Positions 25,478 to 37,200 of a DNA stretch of 64,000 nt are shown piece after piece. The DNA lies in NCBI GenBank assembly GCA_038087875.1, contig CM075989.1, forward strand, positions 6,634,001 through 6,698,000, written 5' to 3'. Source of the stretch: Malacoraja senta (Eukaryota). Within the stretch, counting starts at the first letter, position 1; each line of letters begins with the position of its first letter. The notes under the pieces are model-generated. The model saw only the letters and a program-made list of their open reading frames with translations, was not told where the DNA came from and did not search any database. Position numbers and translations under genes: made by a program.

Positions 25478-26139
25478 TTTCTCAGAGTCCTGCATGCCTT
25501 ACCTGTTTCTGACACTGTAAACCTATGTTAACTAAACCTAGCTAATGATGATGGCATTGTATTAGCTTATAAATCACTGCCATCTCCTGCATTGCCATTC
25601 ATTGAATCCTTCATCCCCATCGTTTTCCAGCTTGCCCCGTGATAACATTATCACTTTGTCTATCACTTTGCTCGAAGGGCCGAATGGCCTACTCCTGCAC
25701 CTGTTGTCTAAAAAGCAAGGGACAGCACTGACACAAACCTTCATCTGGCATGTGGACCCAATACACATGAGAGTTCATTCATTAGCCAGTCTTCAAATTC
25801 AACAAAAATATAAGAGATGAAAGGATAACAGAAAAAAATAGATTAAAAACTATACTCAAAGAATATTTGAAAGCGTGACTTCTTTTTATAGAGAAACGAC
25901 CTTGCCATTTTGATTCATGAATGTCGAGGCTGCACTGGGATAATAAGAACAAGTTATAAGATAGTCACTATATTGGGATTCAGAGAAACATTTCTGTTTG
26001 TGCTCTCGGTTTCAATGTCAACTGTATGGAAAGATTAGATTGTGCTTGCAAACATACTTGCTCTTCACTAGCTCTTTGAACAGGAGTTGGCGGAATAGAT
26101 TTAGGATGAAATAAGGCATTTATTTAGAAAGCTTACTCT

Positions 26140-26705
26140 GATTGTGGGCAGTTTTGGGTCTGATATCTGATGAAGGATGTGCTGGCATTGGAGAGGGTCC
26201 AGAGGAGGTTTACGAGAATGATCGGGTTACCATATGATGAGCATTTGACGGCACTGGGCCTGTACTCGCTGGAGTTTGGATGGATGAGGGGACACATCAT
26301 TGAAACTTACCGAATAGTGAAAGGCCTGGATAGAGTGGATGTGGAGAGGATGTTACCACTACAATACAATACATTACAATACAATACAATACGGTGGGAG
26401 AGTCTACAACCAGAGGCCATAGCCTCAGAATAAGAGGATGTACATGAAGAAAGGAGATGAGGTGGAATTTCTTTAGTCAGAGGGTGGTGAATCTGTGGAA
26501 TTCATTGACACAGACGGTTGTGGAGGTCAAGTCAATAGGTATTTTTAAGGCAGACATTGACAGCTTCTTGATTAGTATTGGTGTATCAATATGGGGAGAA
26601 GGCAGGAGAATGGGGTTGCGAGGGAAACACAGAACAGCCATGATTGACTGGCGCAATAGACTTAATAGGCCACTTGGCCTAATTCTGCTCCTATAACTTA
26701 TGAAC
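26140..26705 (+). mobile_element. CR1 LINE 3' fragment with an internal (ATACA)n insertion near 26360-26392
   Basis: KDVLALERVQRRFTRMI...GLYSLEF...KGLDRVDVERM; FFSQRVVNLWNSL. Confidence 0.88.
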
Positions 26706-26929
26706 TAAAGATTGCTTCACTAGAATGCGCTTTACTTAGGCATGAAGATATTAACATTTTTATTAAAATGAGCTATTCAGCCCAAAATGGTCGGTGCCAA
26801 CATGTAGACACCACATAAGTCACCTCCTACCCCCCTCACATAATTACTATTCCTATTCCCATCTCCTGAATTTATATAGCTTCCTCTGCATCCTATATGC
26901 ATCCACGATGTTTATCCTAGACAATCCCA

Positions 26930-27278
26930 ATCATGAGAGGAATAGATCAGGTAGATGCAGAGTCTTTGTCCCGGAGTGGGGAATCAGGAACCAGGGGACG
27001 CAGGTTTAAGGTGAGGGGGGAGAAAGATTTAATAGGAACCTGAAGGGTAACTTTTTTACATAAAGGTTGGCGAGTATATGGAACAAGTTGTCGGAGGAGG
27101 TAGTTGAGACAGGTACTATCATAACATTTAAGAGATATTTGGCCAGGTAAATGGATAGGATAGGTTTGGAAGGTTATGGGCCAAGTGTGGGCAGGTGGGA
27201 CTAGTGGAGGTAGGGCATGTTGGTCAGCATGGGCAAGTTGGGCCAAAGGGCCTGTTTCCACATTGCATGACTCTAAGA
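26930..27278 (+). mobile_element. CR1 LINE 3' fragment (HER1-like tail)
   Basis: ORF2 end plus tail GGGCCAAAGGGCCTGTTTCCAC..TGCATGACTCTA. Confidence 0.82.
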
Positions 27279-27460
27279 CTATCCCCAAATAGCGACATCC
27301 AGACTCCTGATTAGAGGAACCATTTTAATATCGTCTTCATTGATTCTTAAAGACCACATCAATTTCTTTGTTTGAAATCAATCAAAGCTGATGGGGATAA
27401 TTCCTGTTCTCACATTTTATAAACCTTTTTTTTTGTTGCACCATCTCCAGTGTTAAGTTA

Positions 27461-27991
27461 AGGGGCTGTCCCACTTGGGCGACCTAATTGGCGAGTTTAG
27501 AAGAGTTTTGAAAAAATGTCATGTTGAAGACTTCCTTCAACCTCCTTCGACTATGTTGAAGACCAGCTTCGACTAGCTAGGACTAACTTCGGGAAAATTG
27601 GACACCGAATAGTGGAGAGGGAAGACGACCTCCTTTGATCTCCTTCGACCTCCCTTCGACAATGATGAAGACCGTCTATGACTACCTTCGACTACCCTCG
27701 ATTACCTACGACTAACATGCCGACCTATTACGACCTACTACGACTAAACCTACGAGTAAAAAAAGTATCGATTTTTTCCCATGGCGACCTTTTTTTACTC
27801 GCGGGCATTTTTTAACATGTTGAAAATACGCCGCGACCTAGCTGAGGCCTCGAGTACATGGGAACTACTCTCGAGCATGAAGGAGAGTTACAAAGACCTC
27901 CTACAACCTCGTGTCGACCATGCTGCGAGTATGAGTCGAGGACAAACTCGCCAGTACTCACGGATTAGGTCGCCCAAGTGGGACAGCCCCT
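27461..27991. mobile_element. Harbinger-like MITE, subfamily C
   Basis: Perfect 28-bp TIR AGGGGCTGTCCCACTTGGGCGACCTAAT; TTA TSD (27458-27460, 27992-27994); internal CGAC-containing repeats of about 10 bp. Confidence 0.9.
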
Positions 27992-28384
27992 TTACTCCTT
28001 TACATAAAGGATATACCGAGATTAGAACCGTTCACAGGTCAACATGCGGGTCAGTTCAAAATGTGTCCCTTCATAGGACAAGACGTATACCCCTTCTGAC
28101 TCACTTTTTAAAGAGACTTACATGGAGCAGAATTAACATCATTACTTTGTTCTTCACTCCAGATGCTTCAGCATTTATTGTGCAAATGATATTTTGGTGT
28201 CCGTATCCTAAGGACCTGTTTCTCCACTCGTGCTTGGTCATTTTACAAATGACCCCAAATTGCATTGTAGAGTAATAAATGTCTCCTCCTCATCCCCATT
28301 TAAAATGCGCATCAATAATAAAAATTCAAATTACCACAAAAGACAAGAGAAGTTCACTCACAATGTTATCACTGTCCACGGCAA

Positions 28385-28697
28385 GGTGGCGCAGCGGACG
28401 AGTTGCTGCCTTACAGCGCCAAAGACCCGGGTTCAATCCTGACTACGGGTGCTGTCTGCGTGGAGTTTTTACATTCACCACATGACCACGTGGGTTTTCT
28501 CAGGGTGCTCCGGTTTCCTCCCACATTCCAAAGGCATGCAGGTTTGTAGGTTAGTTGGCTTCGGTAAGAATTGTAAGTTGCCCCTTGTGTGAGGATAGTG
28601 TTAGTGTATGGGGATTATCTGATCGGTGTGGACTTGGTGGGCCGAAGGGACTGTTCACATGCTGTATCTCTAAACTAAACTATAACCAAACTAAACT
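28385..28697 (+). mobile_element. HE1/V-SINE-type SINE
   Basis: Head, V-domain and (CTAAA)n tail. Confidence 0.88.
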
Positions 28698-31009
28698 GAC
28701 ACATTCAGAACCTGTGGTGCCTGACTGGCAGGTTTCCATTGCCACCAGTGTTTCCATTCTGGTGTCGATGTGACTACAGAGGAATTTGGACAGTCAGGGG
28801 GGTAATGATCCCATTGAGCTTGCAGTTTGGACCCGCTAACAGTCATCTTGGCCAGTCCCAGAATATTGGGCCACCAAGAGACCTTTGACTCATTTCTCCC
28901 TTCTCCTTTAGCGAGCCATCAGGAAGCAGCTCCTCCAAAGAGGAAGAGAGACAGCAGCCTCTCATTGTCCCATTAGACATGGGGCATGGACTCGGCAGCT
29001 CTTGTAGTCAGCCCTGGAAGCTGTGAACCTTGCCGAGACCACTCCACACCACAACACCCCCATACTCAGGACCAAATGTGTAGCTTGGGCAATACTTACG
29101 TCACACCGACCCAGTCTGCAGATGTTTCAAGTCATTGTTTTATACGCAAAGGTTGGTGGGTATATTGGATAAGTTGTCGGAGAAGGTAGTTGAGGCGGGT
29201 TTCATCATAATGTTCAAGAGACATTTGGACAGGTCTCTGGATAGGATAGGTTTCAAGGGACATGGGCCAAGTGTGGGCAGGGTTAATGTTTTACTATTTA
29301 TGCCACCGCCATGTATGGGACTCCAAATCTAATACAGGAAGCAGGAGAAATGTACAGCCATGCGCTGTAGCGATTGACCATAGAATGAGCCCTGTTCCCT
29401 AAGGTTATACCGGCCATGCTATCTGAAGATAAAAGAAAAGGAGGTTGATGTGGGAGTGTTTCTGAGTGGAACATAAATGCCAGGATTTATTTCTTGGGCC
29501 GTACCTTTTCATGACCCGACCTGAATCGTCACTCCAGAGATGCTGCCTGACCCTCAGTGTTACTCCAGCACCTGGTGCCTTTTTCTGTAAGGCAGCATCT
29601 GCAGTTCCTCGTTTCTACGTGCGACATTCACAGTTGCTGGCTTGGCCCAGTGATTAGACAACCAGGAGAATGGAACCACCGGCAGCTCCTGGTGATTGTG
29701 TTCTGTGACGCTGCTGCAGGTGAGACAAAGGAGGGGAGCAAGCAATCAACTCCACACAGCGCTGTTGTTAGTCACAGCGACACCAGTTACCGCGACTCAT
29801 CTCTCCATGGCTGCAGGCAGTTCTGCCTATCGCTTAACCACGAGTGCAAATTCTTAATTAGCTGCCTGTCACAAACAGCGAGCAGCAGGATGACTTGGGA
29901 ATCGTTTTCCCTGAGAAATTTATGCAGGAGTTGTTTTGAAGAATGTACCCCTCCCTCAGTCTGCCTTTGTCCCATCCCCCAACACAAACCAATGCGCTCC
30001 TTGCATCCGTTTAGTTTTTTAGTTTAGTTTAGAGATACAGCACGGAAACAGGCCCCTCGACCGGCGATCCCCGCACATTAACACTATCCTACACACTCTA
30101 GGGACAATTTTACATTTATACCAAGCCAATTAACATACAAACCTATACGTCTTTGGAGAAGCGATTCCCCATGTGATTGGCACCAGGCTGCATGCAAATG
30201 TAAAGCTCAAAGCATCCTGCATACTTTGAAACGATGATGTGGGTATTGAGGTAGAAAGCAGCGCTCTCCTGGTGCGAGATGAATTCATTAGTCTATCAGG
30301 TAGTTGGAAGAATATTCAACCTCATTAATTATGGAGTCTACCACCACAGAAACAGGCCCTTCGGCCCAACAATCATAGCTAATCCCATTTGCCCGCATCA
30401 CTCAAAACATTTTGAATCCATGCATCTTGTCCAAACCTATCAATCGCTACTTTAAAAATACCTAATGTTTAGTTTAGTTTAGTTTAGTTTAGAGATACAG
30501 CGCTGAAACAGGCCCTTCAGTCCACCGCATCCACGCCAACCAGTGATCCCCATACACTAACACTATCCTATACACTAGAGGCAATATTTTACCGAAGCCA
30601 ATTGACCAACAAACCTGCATGCCTTTGGAGTGTGGGATGAAGCAGGAGAACCCAGGGTGTGCTACCATGCCGCCCAATGTCTTGGCCTCCACAGCCATCA
30701 GTGGCAATGAATTCCACATATTCACCATCCACTGGCTAAAAGAATTTCCTTGACATCTCCGTTCGAATGTGAAATCCCTTTTATTCTGAGGCTGTGCCCT
30801 CTGGTTCTACACTCTCCCATCATCGAAACATCTTTTCCGCATGCGCTCCATCTAGGGAGAGGTGGAGGAGTACCCAGGCTCTTCCGATCCTAGTCTTGAT
30901 AGAGCAAGGGCAAGTTGCTTGCATTATTGAGTAGAGAGGTCATCTTATATCTGAAGAGTATTGACTGCACTTAGGTCCAAAAGATTGGAGTCACATATAT
31001 GGAAGATGT

Positions 31010-31209
31010 NNNNNNNNNNNNNNNNNNNNNNNNNNNNNNNNNNNNNNNNNNNNNNNNNNNNNNNNNNNNNNNNNNNNNNNNNNNNNNNNNNNNNNNNNNN
31101 NNNNNNNNNNNNNNNNNNNNNNNNNNNNNNNNNNNNNNNNNNNNNNNNNNNNNNNNNNNNNNNNNNNNNNNNNNNNNNNNNNNNNNNNNNNNNNNNNNNN
31201 NNNNNNNNN
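31010..31209. other. Assembly gap of 200 N
   Basis: Run of N; contiguity across it is not established. Confidence 0.99.
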
Positions 31210-31483
31210 GCTCCGGTTTCCTCCCACGCTCCAAAGACGTGCAGGTTTGTAGGTTAATTGGCTTGGTGTAAATGTAAATTGTCCCCAGTGTGTGTAGGAC
31301 AGTGTTAGTTTGTCGGTATCACTAGTCGGTCTGGACTCGGTGGGCACCGACTGAAGAAGGGCCTCGACCCGAAACCTCGCGTATTCCTTCTCTCCAGAGA
31401 TGCTGCCTGTCCCGCTGATTACTCCAGCTCTTTGTGTCTATCTTCGGTTTAAACCAGCATCTGCAGTTCCTTCCTACACTTTA

Positions 31484-31820
31484 CTTACGCTCAGTCCGCC
31501 TTGGCCTACGCGATCCCCCAGATGCCAAACATTTTACCTCCCCTTCCCCTTCCCACTCCCACACTGACCTTTCTGTCCTGGGCCTCCTCCACTGTCTGAG
31601 TGAAGCCACACACAAATTGGAGGAACAGCGCCTCGTATTTCGTCTGGGCAGCTTACAACCCAGCGGTATGAACATTGATTTTTCTCATTTCAAGTAACTC
31701 CGGCATTCCCTCCCCCATCCCCCCCTCTCCCACCCCAGTTGTCTCTACCAGTTCCACTGGTCGTATCCTCCTATCCCTCTTGTTACCACACCTTCCCCAG
31801 CCAACAATGGGCCATGACGG
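31484..31820 (+). mobile_element. Penelope-like element GIY-YIG C-terminal remnant
   Basis: LRSVRLG...HFTSPSPSHSHTDLSVLGLLHCLSEATHKLEEQRLVFRLGSLQPSGMNIDFSHFK. Confidence 0.78.
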
Positions 31821-31940
31821 CTTACAAATCAGGGCCTGAGGTCACCTATTAAAGTGAAATCGGGATGAAGGAGGGTGCACCAACATAGTCTCTCCATTTC
31901 CCTCCAGAGATGCTGCCTGGCCCGCTAAGTTCCTCCAGCA

Positions 31941-32160
31941 TAGACACAAAAAGCTGGAGTAACTCAGCGGGACAGGCTGCATCTCTGGAGAAAAGGAATG
32001 GGTGACATTTCAGGTCGAGCCCTTTCTTCAGACAGTCTGAAGAAGGGTCTCGACCCCAAAACATCACCCATTCCTTCTCTCCAGAGATGCTGCCTGTCCC
32101 GCTGAGTTACTCCAGCTTTTTGTGTCTATCTTCGGTTTAAACCAGCATCTGCAGTTCCCT
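31941..32160. mobile_element. Penelope-derived head-to-head palindromic element
   Basis: Arms meet at TTCTTCAGAC-A-GTCTGAAGAA. Confidence 0.8.
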
Positions 32161-32904
32161 TCTTTGACAAGTTCCTCCAGCACTTTGTTCCTTGCTGTTA
32201 GCTTACCAAGTGCGTGTAAAAGATCTATGATTTTACTTTGAATAAAGGCAATCTTCCCTCTAAGTATCTCACGCCCGACATCACTGGCAGGCGGATGGAC
32301 TGGATGTTACCACATTGCAGTTTGCAGCAGCTTTCTGTCCACAAAGAGATTTCTTTAAGGACACAAGGAACTGCCGCTGTTGGAATCTTGAGAAAAACAC
32401 AAAATGATGGAAGAACTCAGCAGGTCAGGCAGCATCTGTGGAGAGAATGGACAGAAGACATTTTGGGTCAGGACCCTTCTTCAGATTTCTCCAATTCATA
32501 AATCACAGGTGTCGATCCAGAAAAAGTCCTGTAATACTTCTGAAACACTTTGGGTGGCCCGAGGGGGTCATGGAAGTTGCTGTAGAAATGCATGTCTTTC
32601 TTGTTCACTTGTTCTTTCATTGCTCTCTTCCATGCAACAGCTAGAGATGGGGAATGTCCACAACATTCTGCATTGGTGGCCAATCTATCGCATCAGTGAC
32701 GGAGTTACTGGGAACCCTCTATTAGTAACCACACATGCATTAAAATGCTCCAGGAAGGAAGGGAAGGGAAATGGCATGAGTTATTTGCACTATTTCTATC
32801 TATCACAGAATATAGAACAGTGCAGCACAAGGAAGAGGCCCTTCAGCCCACAATGTCTGTGCCGAACCCGAACATGATGATGCAAAAGTTAACCGAAGTT
32901 AAAC

Positions 32905-33205
32905 GCACACCTCCTGATTCCAGGGACAGTTTCTTCCCAGCTGTTATCAGGCAACCGAATCATCCTACCACAACCAGAGAGCGGTGCTGAACTACTATCT
33001 ACCTCTTTGGTGACCCTCGGACTATCCTTGATCGGACTTTGCTGGCTTTACGTTGCACTAAATGTTATTCCCTTATCATGAATCTGTACACTGTAAATGG
33101 CTGGATGTAATCATGTATTGTCTTTCTGCTGACTGGATAGCACGCAACGAAAGCTTTTCACTGTACCTCGGTACACGCGACAATAAACTAAACTAAACTA
33201 AATTA
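32905..33205 (+). mobile_element. Rex1-type LINE 3' end (related tails near 3540-3750, 6330-6476, 13850-13950, 17540-17600, 35850-35975, 37440-37570)
   Basis: RDSFFPAVIRQ C-terminal motif, then TTTTCACTGTACCTCGGTACAC..GACAATAAA(CTAAA)n. Confidence 0.65.
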
Positions 33206-33744
33206 AATGGATCTCATCTGCCTGTGAATGTTCCAAGTCCCCCCATTCCCTACATATCCTTGTTCCTATATAAAAGCCTCTTAAACTTCACTATTGTACC
33301 CCCACCACCACCCCTGGCAATGCGTTCCAAGCCCCTACCACTCTCTGTGGAAAAAACTTGTCCTCACAAACCATGGGTATCCAGGGTTCTTGGGAGAAGG
33401 TGGGGGATTGGGGTTGAGAGTGAAAGATAGATCAGCCATGTAGACTCCCACTCCTGTGATTTAATTCTGCTCCTAGAACATATGAACTTATATACATCTC
33501 CATTTAACCGCCCCTCTCTCACCTTGTAGTTATGCCCTCTATAATGGGACATTCCAACCCTGGGAAAAGTCTTCTGACCCATCTACCCTGTCCATGCCTT
33601 TCATAATTGTATATACTTTTATTAAGTCTCCCCTCAATGTCCGACGCACATCAGGTTGGATGGGACAGTCTGACCTTCAGTGTGAGAGGGAGCAAGCAAT
33701 CTCCACGGACTAACATCTGCCTTATATACCACTTTCAATGTACC

Positions 33745-34280
33745 ATTTACAAGAATGATCCCAGGAATGAGTAGGTTAACCTCTGATGAGCGTTTGTCGG
33801 CACTGGGCCTGTACTCGCTGGAGTTTAGATAAATGAGAGGGAACCTCATTGAAATATACAGAATAGTGAAAGGCTTGGATAGAGTGGATGTGGAGATGAT
33901 GTTTCCACTAGTGCGAGAGTCTAGGACTAGAGGTCACAGCCTCAGAATTAAAGGCCGTTCTTTTTTTCTTTTTTTTTCTTAAAAAAAAAAAAAAGATTTT
34001 AGGAAGGAGATGAGGATACATTTATTTAGTGAGAGGGTGGTGAAAGCTGTGGAGGCCAAGTCAGTGGATATTTTTAAGGCAGAGCTAGATAGATTCTTGA
34101 TTAGTACAGGTGTCAGAGGTTATGGGAGAAGGCAGGAGAATGGGCTTAGGAGGGGTTAGGGAATGGGCTTAGGAGGGGTTAGGGAGAGATAGACCAGCCA
34201 TGATTGAATGGCAGAGTAGGCTTGATGACCGAATGGCCTAATTCTGCTCCTATTCCTTATGCCCTTGTGACCTTATGACC
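33745..34280 (+). mobile_element. CR1 LINE 3' fragment
   Basis: FTRMIPGM...LGLYSLEFR...GLDRVDVE and 3'UTR. Confidence 0.88.
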
Positions 34281-34612
34281 ACTCACCCCAAACACTTCAC
34301 TTAACATAAGGCAATTTACAGGATGAACAAAAGGCAGTGGTTACCTTGAAGATTAGATGCTTGGCCTGATGTTCCAGAGGCATGGGTTCAAATTCAGTGG
34401 GGGAAGTTCATTTGGGTTAATTAAATGAAACTGGAATTTAAAAACCACTTTATCTTAGTAATGGTGAAACCACTGGTTCGTCATCAAGACCCATCTCATT
34501 TACTAACGTCCCTCCGGGAAACAGGTTTGCGCTGGTTAGCCATCTTCTCTGAAACCTGACTCCTGTCCCATCGATGTGGTTGACTCCAAGTTGTCCAAGG
34601 GCTCGGTATGTT

Positions 34613-35465
34613 GCAGTGACACAAGATAGGTGGAGGGGCAGGCAGTGTAGAGAAAGCAGGGACTCTGCGGAAGGATTTGGATAGGTTGGGAGAGTGGGCA
34701 GAGAGTGCAGATGGAATATAGTGTAGCAAAGTGTGGAGTCATGTATTCTGGTAGTAGGAATGAAGGGTCAGGCTATTTTCTAAATGGGGAGAGAGTCCAA
34801 AAATCGGAGGTGCAAAAGGACTTGGAGTGCTGGTGCAGGATTCCCAAAAAATTAATCTGCAAGTGGAATCGGTAGTAAAGAAAGCAAACTCAATGCTAGC
34901 ATTTATTTCATGAGGGCTTGTATTTGGAATATTGTGAGCAATTTTGGGCACCATATCTGAGGAAGTATGTGCTGGCTCTGGAGAGGGTCAGAGGAGGTTT
35001 ACAAGAATGATTCCAGGAATGAGTAGGTTAACCTATGATGAGCGTTTGTCGGCTCTGGGCCTGTACTCGCTGGAGTTTAGAAGAATGAGGGGGTATCTCA
35101 TTGAAAATTCAGAATAGTGAAAGGCTTGGATAGAGTGGATGTGGAGAGAATGTTTCCACTAGTGACCAGAGGTCATAGCCTCAGAATTAAAGACGTTCTT
35201 TTGGGAAGGAGATGAGGAGGAATATCTTTAGTCAGAGGGTGGTGAATCTGTGGAATTCTTTGCCACAGAAAGCTGTGGAGGCCAAGTCAGTGGATATATT
35301 TAAGGCAGAGGTAGATTCTTGATTAGTACAGGTGTCAAAGGTTATGGGGAGAAGGCAGGAGAATGGGGTTAGGAGGGAGAGCTGGATCAGCCATGATTGG
35401 ATGGTGGAGTAGACTTGATGGGCCGAATGGCCCAATTCATCTCCTATCACTTATGATCTTATGAA
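34613..35465 (+). mobile_element. CR1 LINE fragment (RT C-terminus to 3'UTR)
   Basis: DTKIGGGAGSVEKAGTLRKDLDRLGEW, LGVLVQDS, ANSMLAFI, then ORF2 end and tail. Confidence 0.9.
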
Positions 35466-36006
35466 AACACAGGAGTAACCCAGCGGGTTTGGCAACATCT
35501 CTGGAGAAAAGGAAAATGTGATGTTTCGGACATCAGACTGAGAGTCAGGGGAGAGGAAAACTGGAGGCATGAGAAGGTACAAAAAATAAATGAATAAAAA
35601 TGATATTCACCTCTTAAGGATCAACCTTTTACCAATGCATCATTGATACTATTGATACTCTAATACTGCCACATTAGCACTGGAACAATGATGAAGGCCA
35701 ATAGCCTACACATTTGCACATCTTTGGGATGTGGGAGGAAATCGGAGCACCCGGAGGAAACCCACGCGGTCATAATGAGAATGCGCACTAGGATGGGTGA
35801 CATTTTGGGTCGGACCCTTCCTCACAATGTTCTGCTTCAGACTATCTGTTCTGATAGGATTGCATCCAAAACAAAGCTTTTGTATGCTATACCAAAGTGT
35901 GTTTCGGCACAGTATCTCTAAAGTCTAAAGACCTTTTACTCTGCCTAGGTACACGTGACAATAAGAACCTAAACCTATCTTCCCTGCCGTCCGTACAACA
36001 GACCTT

Positions 36007-36045
36007 CGAGTCTGAAGAAGGGTCTCCACCCGAAACGTCACCTAT
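36007..36045 (+). ncRNA. Minimal hammerhead ribozyme-like motif
   Basis: CTGAAGA (36012-36018), A, GGGT-CTCC-ACCC, GAAA, C-GTC with palindromic ACGT at helix III. Confidence 0.6.
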
Positions 36046-36756
36046 TCCTTTTTCTCCAGAGATGCCGCCTGTCCCCTGAGTTACTCCAGCATTTTGTGTT
36101 TATCTTCGGATTAGACCAGCAGCTGCGGTTCCTACACAGACCGTCCCTTTCAACTGTTGCGTCCCTAATTCTCCGGCTCGGACAGATGCAAGTGTGCACG
36201 CATGGTGGCGGATTGGCAACACTGCAGTCCATCTGCAGCACAAAAATGGGGCAGTGCAGTGCTGAACGCCGTGGAGCTATGAAATGCTGCATTTCATTTT
36301 CTGATTCACCGTTATGTCCAGCAGGGAGCAGTGTAAGTCCGCGGCAGAGACACAGGCAGCTGAATACGACTTGACTTATTAACAGCGAGGCTTTGATGAA
36401 GTGTTTCGCTCCGTAGGAAGACATTTGGTGCATTGTGTTTTCGCTGATGCTCTGCGCTGTAAATCAGCATAGCGTGTAAACTGGAGATGATGTGGTGTGA
36501 CCCAGTTGAATAGCGACTGAGGGAAAATACAACATTTCTTCCTTGTGTGCAGCTGATCAATGGGCAAGCGCGAAAATGAAAATGCATTGTGAGAACATGG
36601 CTTTAAAATTCTCATTCTCACGCACAGCTTAAGCAAGGGGACAAGGGGTAAGCAAGGATTCGGGGTCAGGACTTTCAAAGGTTTTCAGTAACGAGTTATT
36701 GTTCATGTGTGTCCCATTGGCACACAGCGAGCTCCAGTTTCCCTGAGAACATCCAA

Positions 36757-37200
36757 CATAGAAACAAAGAAACATAGAAAATAGAATGCCGGAGTAGGCA
36801 TTCGGCCCTTCGAGCCAGCACTGAAATTCAGTATGACCATGGCTGATCATCCAAAATCAGTACCCTGTTCCTGCTTTCTCCCCATATCCCTTGATTCCGG
36901 TAGCCCTAAGAGCTAAATCTACTCTCCCTTCAATACATCCAATGAATTGGCCTCCACCGCCTTCTGTGGCAGAGAATTCCACAGATTCACAACTCTCTGG
37001 GTGAAAAAGCTTTTCCTCATCTTAGTCCTAAATGGCCGACCCTTATTCTTAAAACTGTGACCCCTGGATCTGGACTCCCCTAACATCGGGAACATTTTTC
37101 CTGCATCTCGCCTGGTCCATCTCTTAAGAATTTTATATGTTTCTATAAGATCCCCTCCCATCCTTCTAAATTCCAGTGAATATAAGTCCAATCGATCCAA
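36757..37200 (-). mobile_element. CR1 LINE 3' fragment
   Basis: LYSLEFRRMGGDLIETYKIL...FFTQRVVNLWNSLPQKAVEA. Confidence 0.9.

Noticed and set aside
30961..31347. ORFs spanning the poly-X stretch
   Set aside because: Artefact of the N gap.
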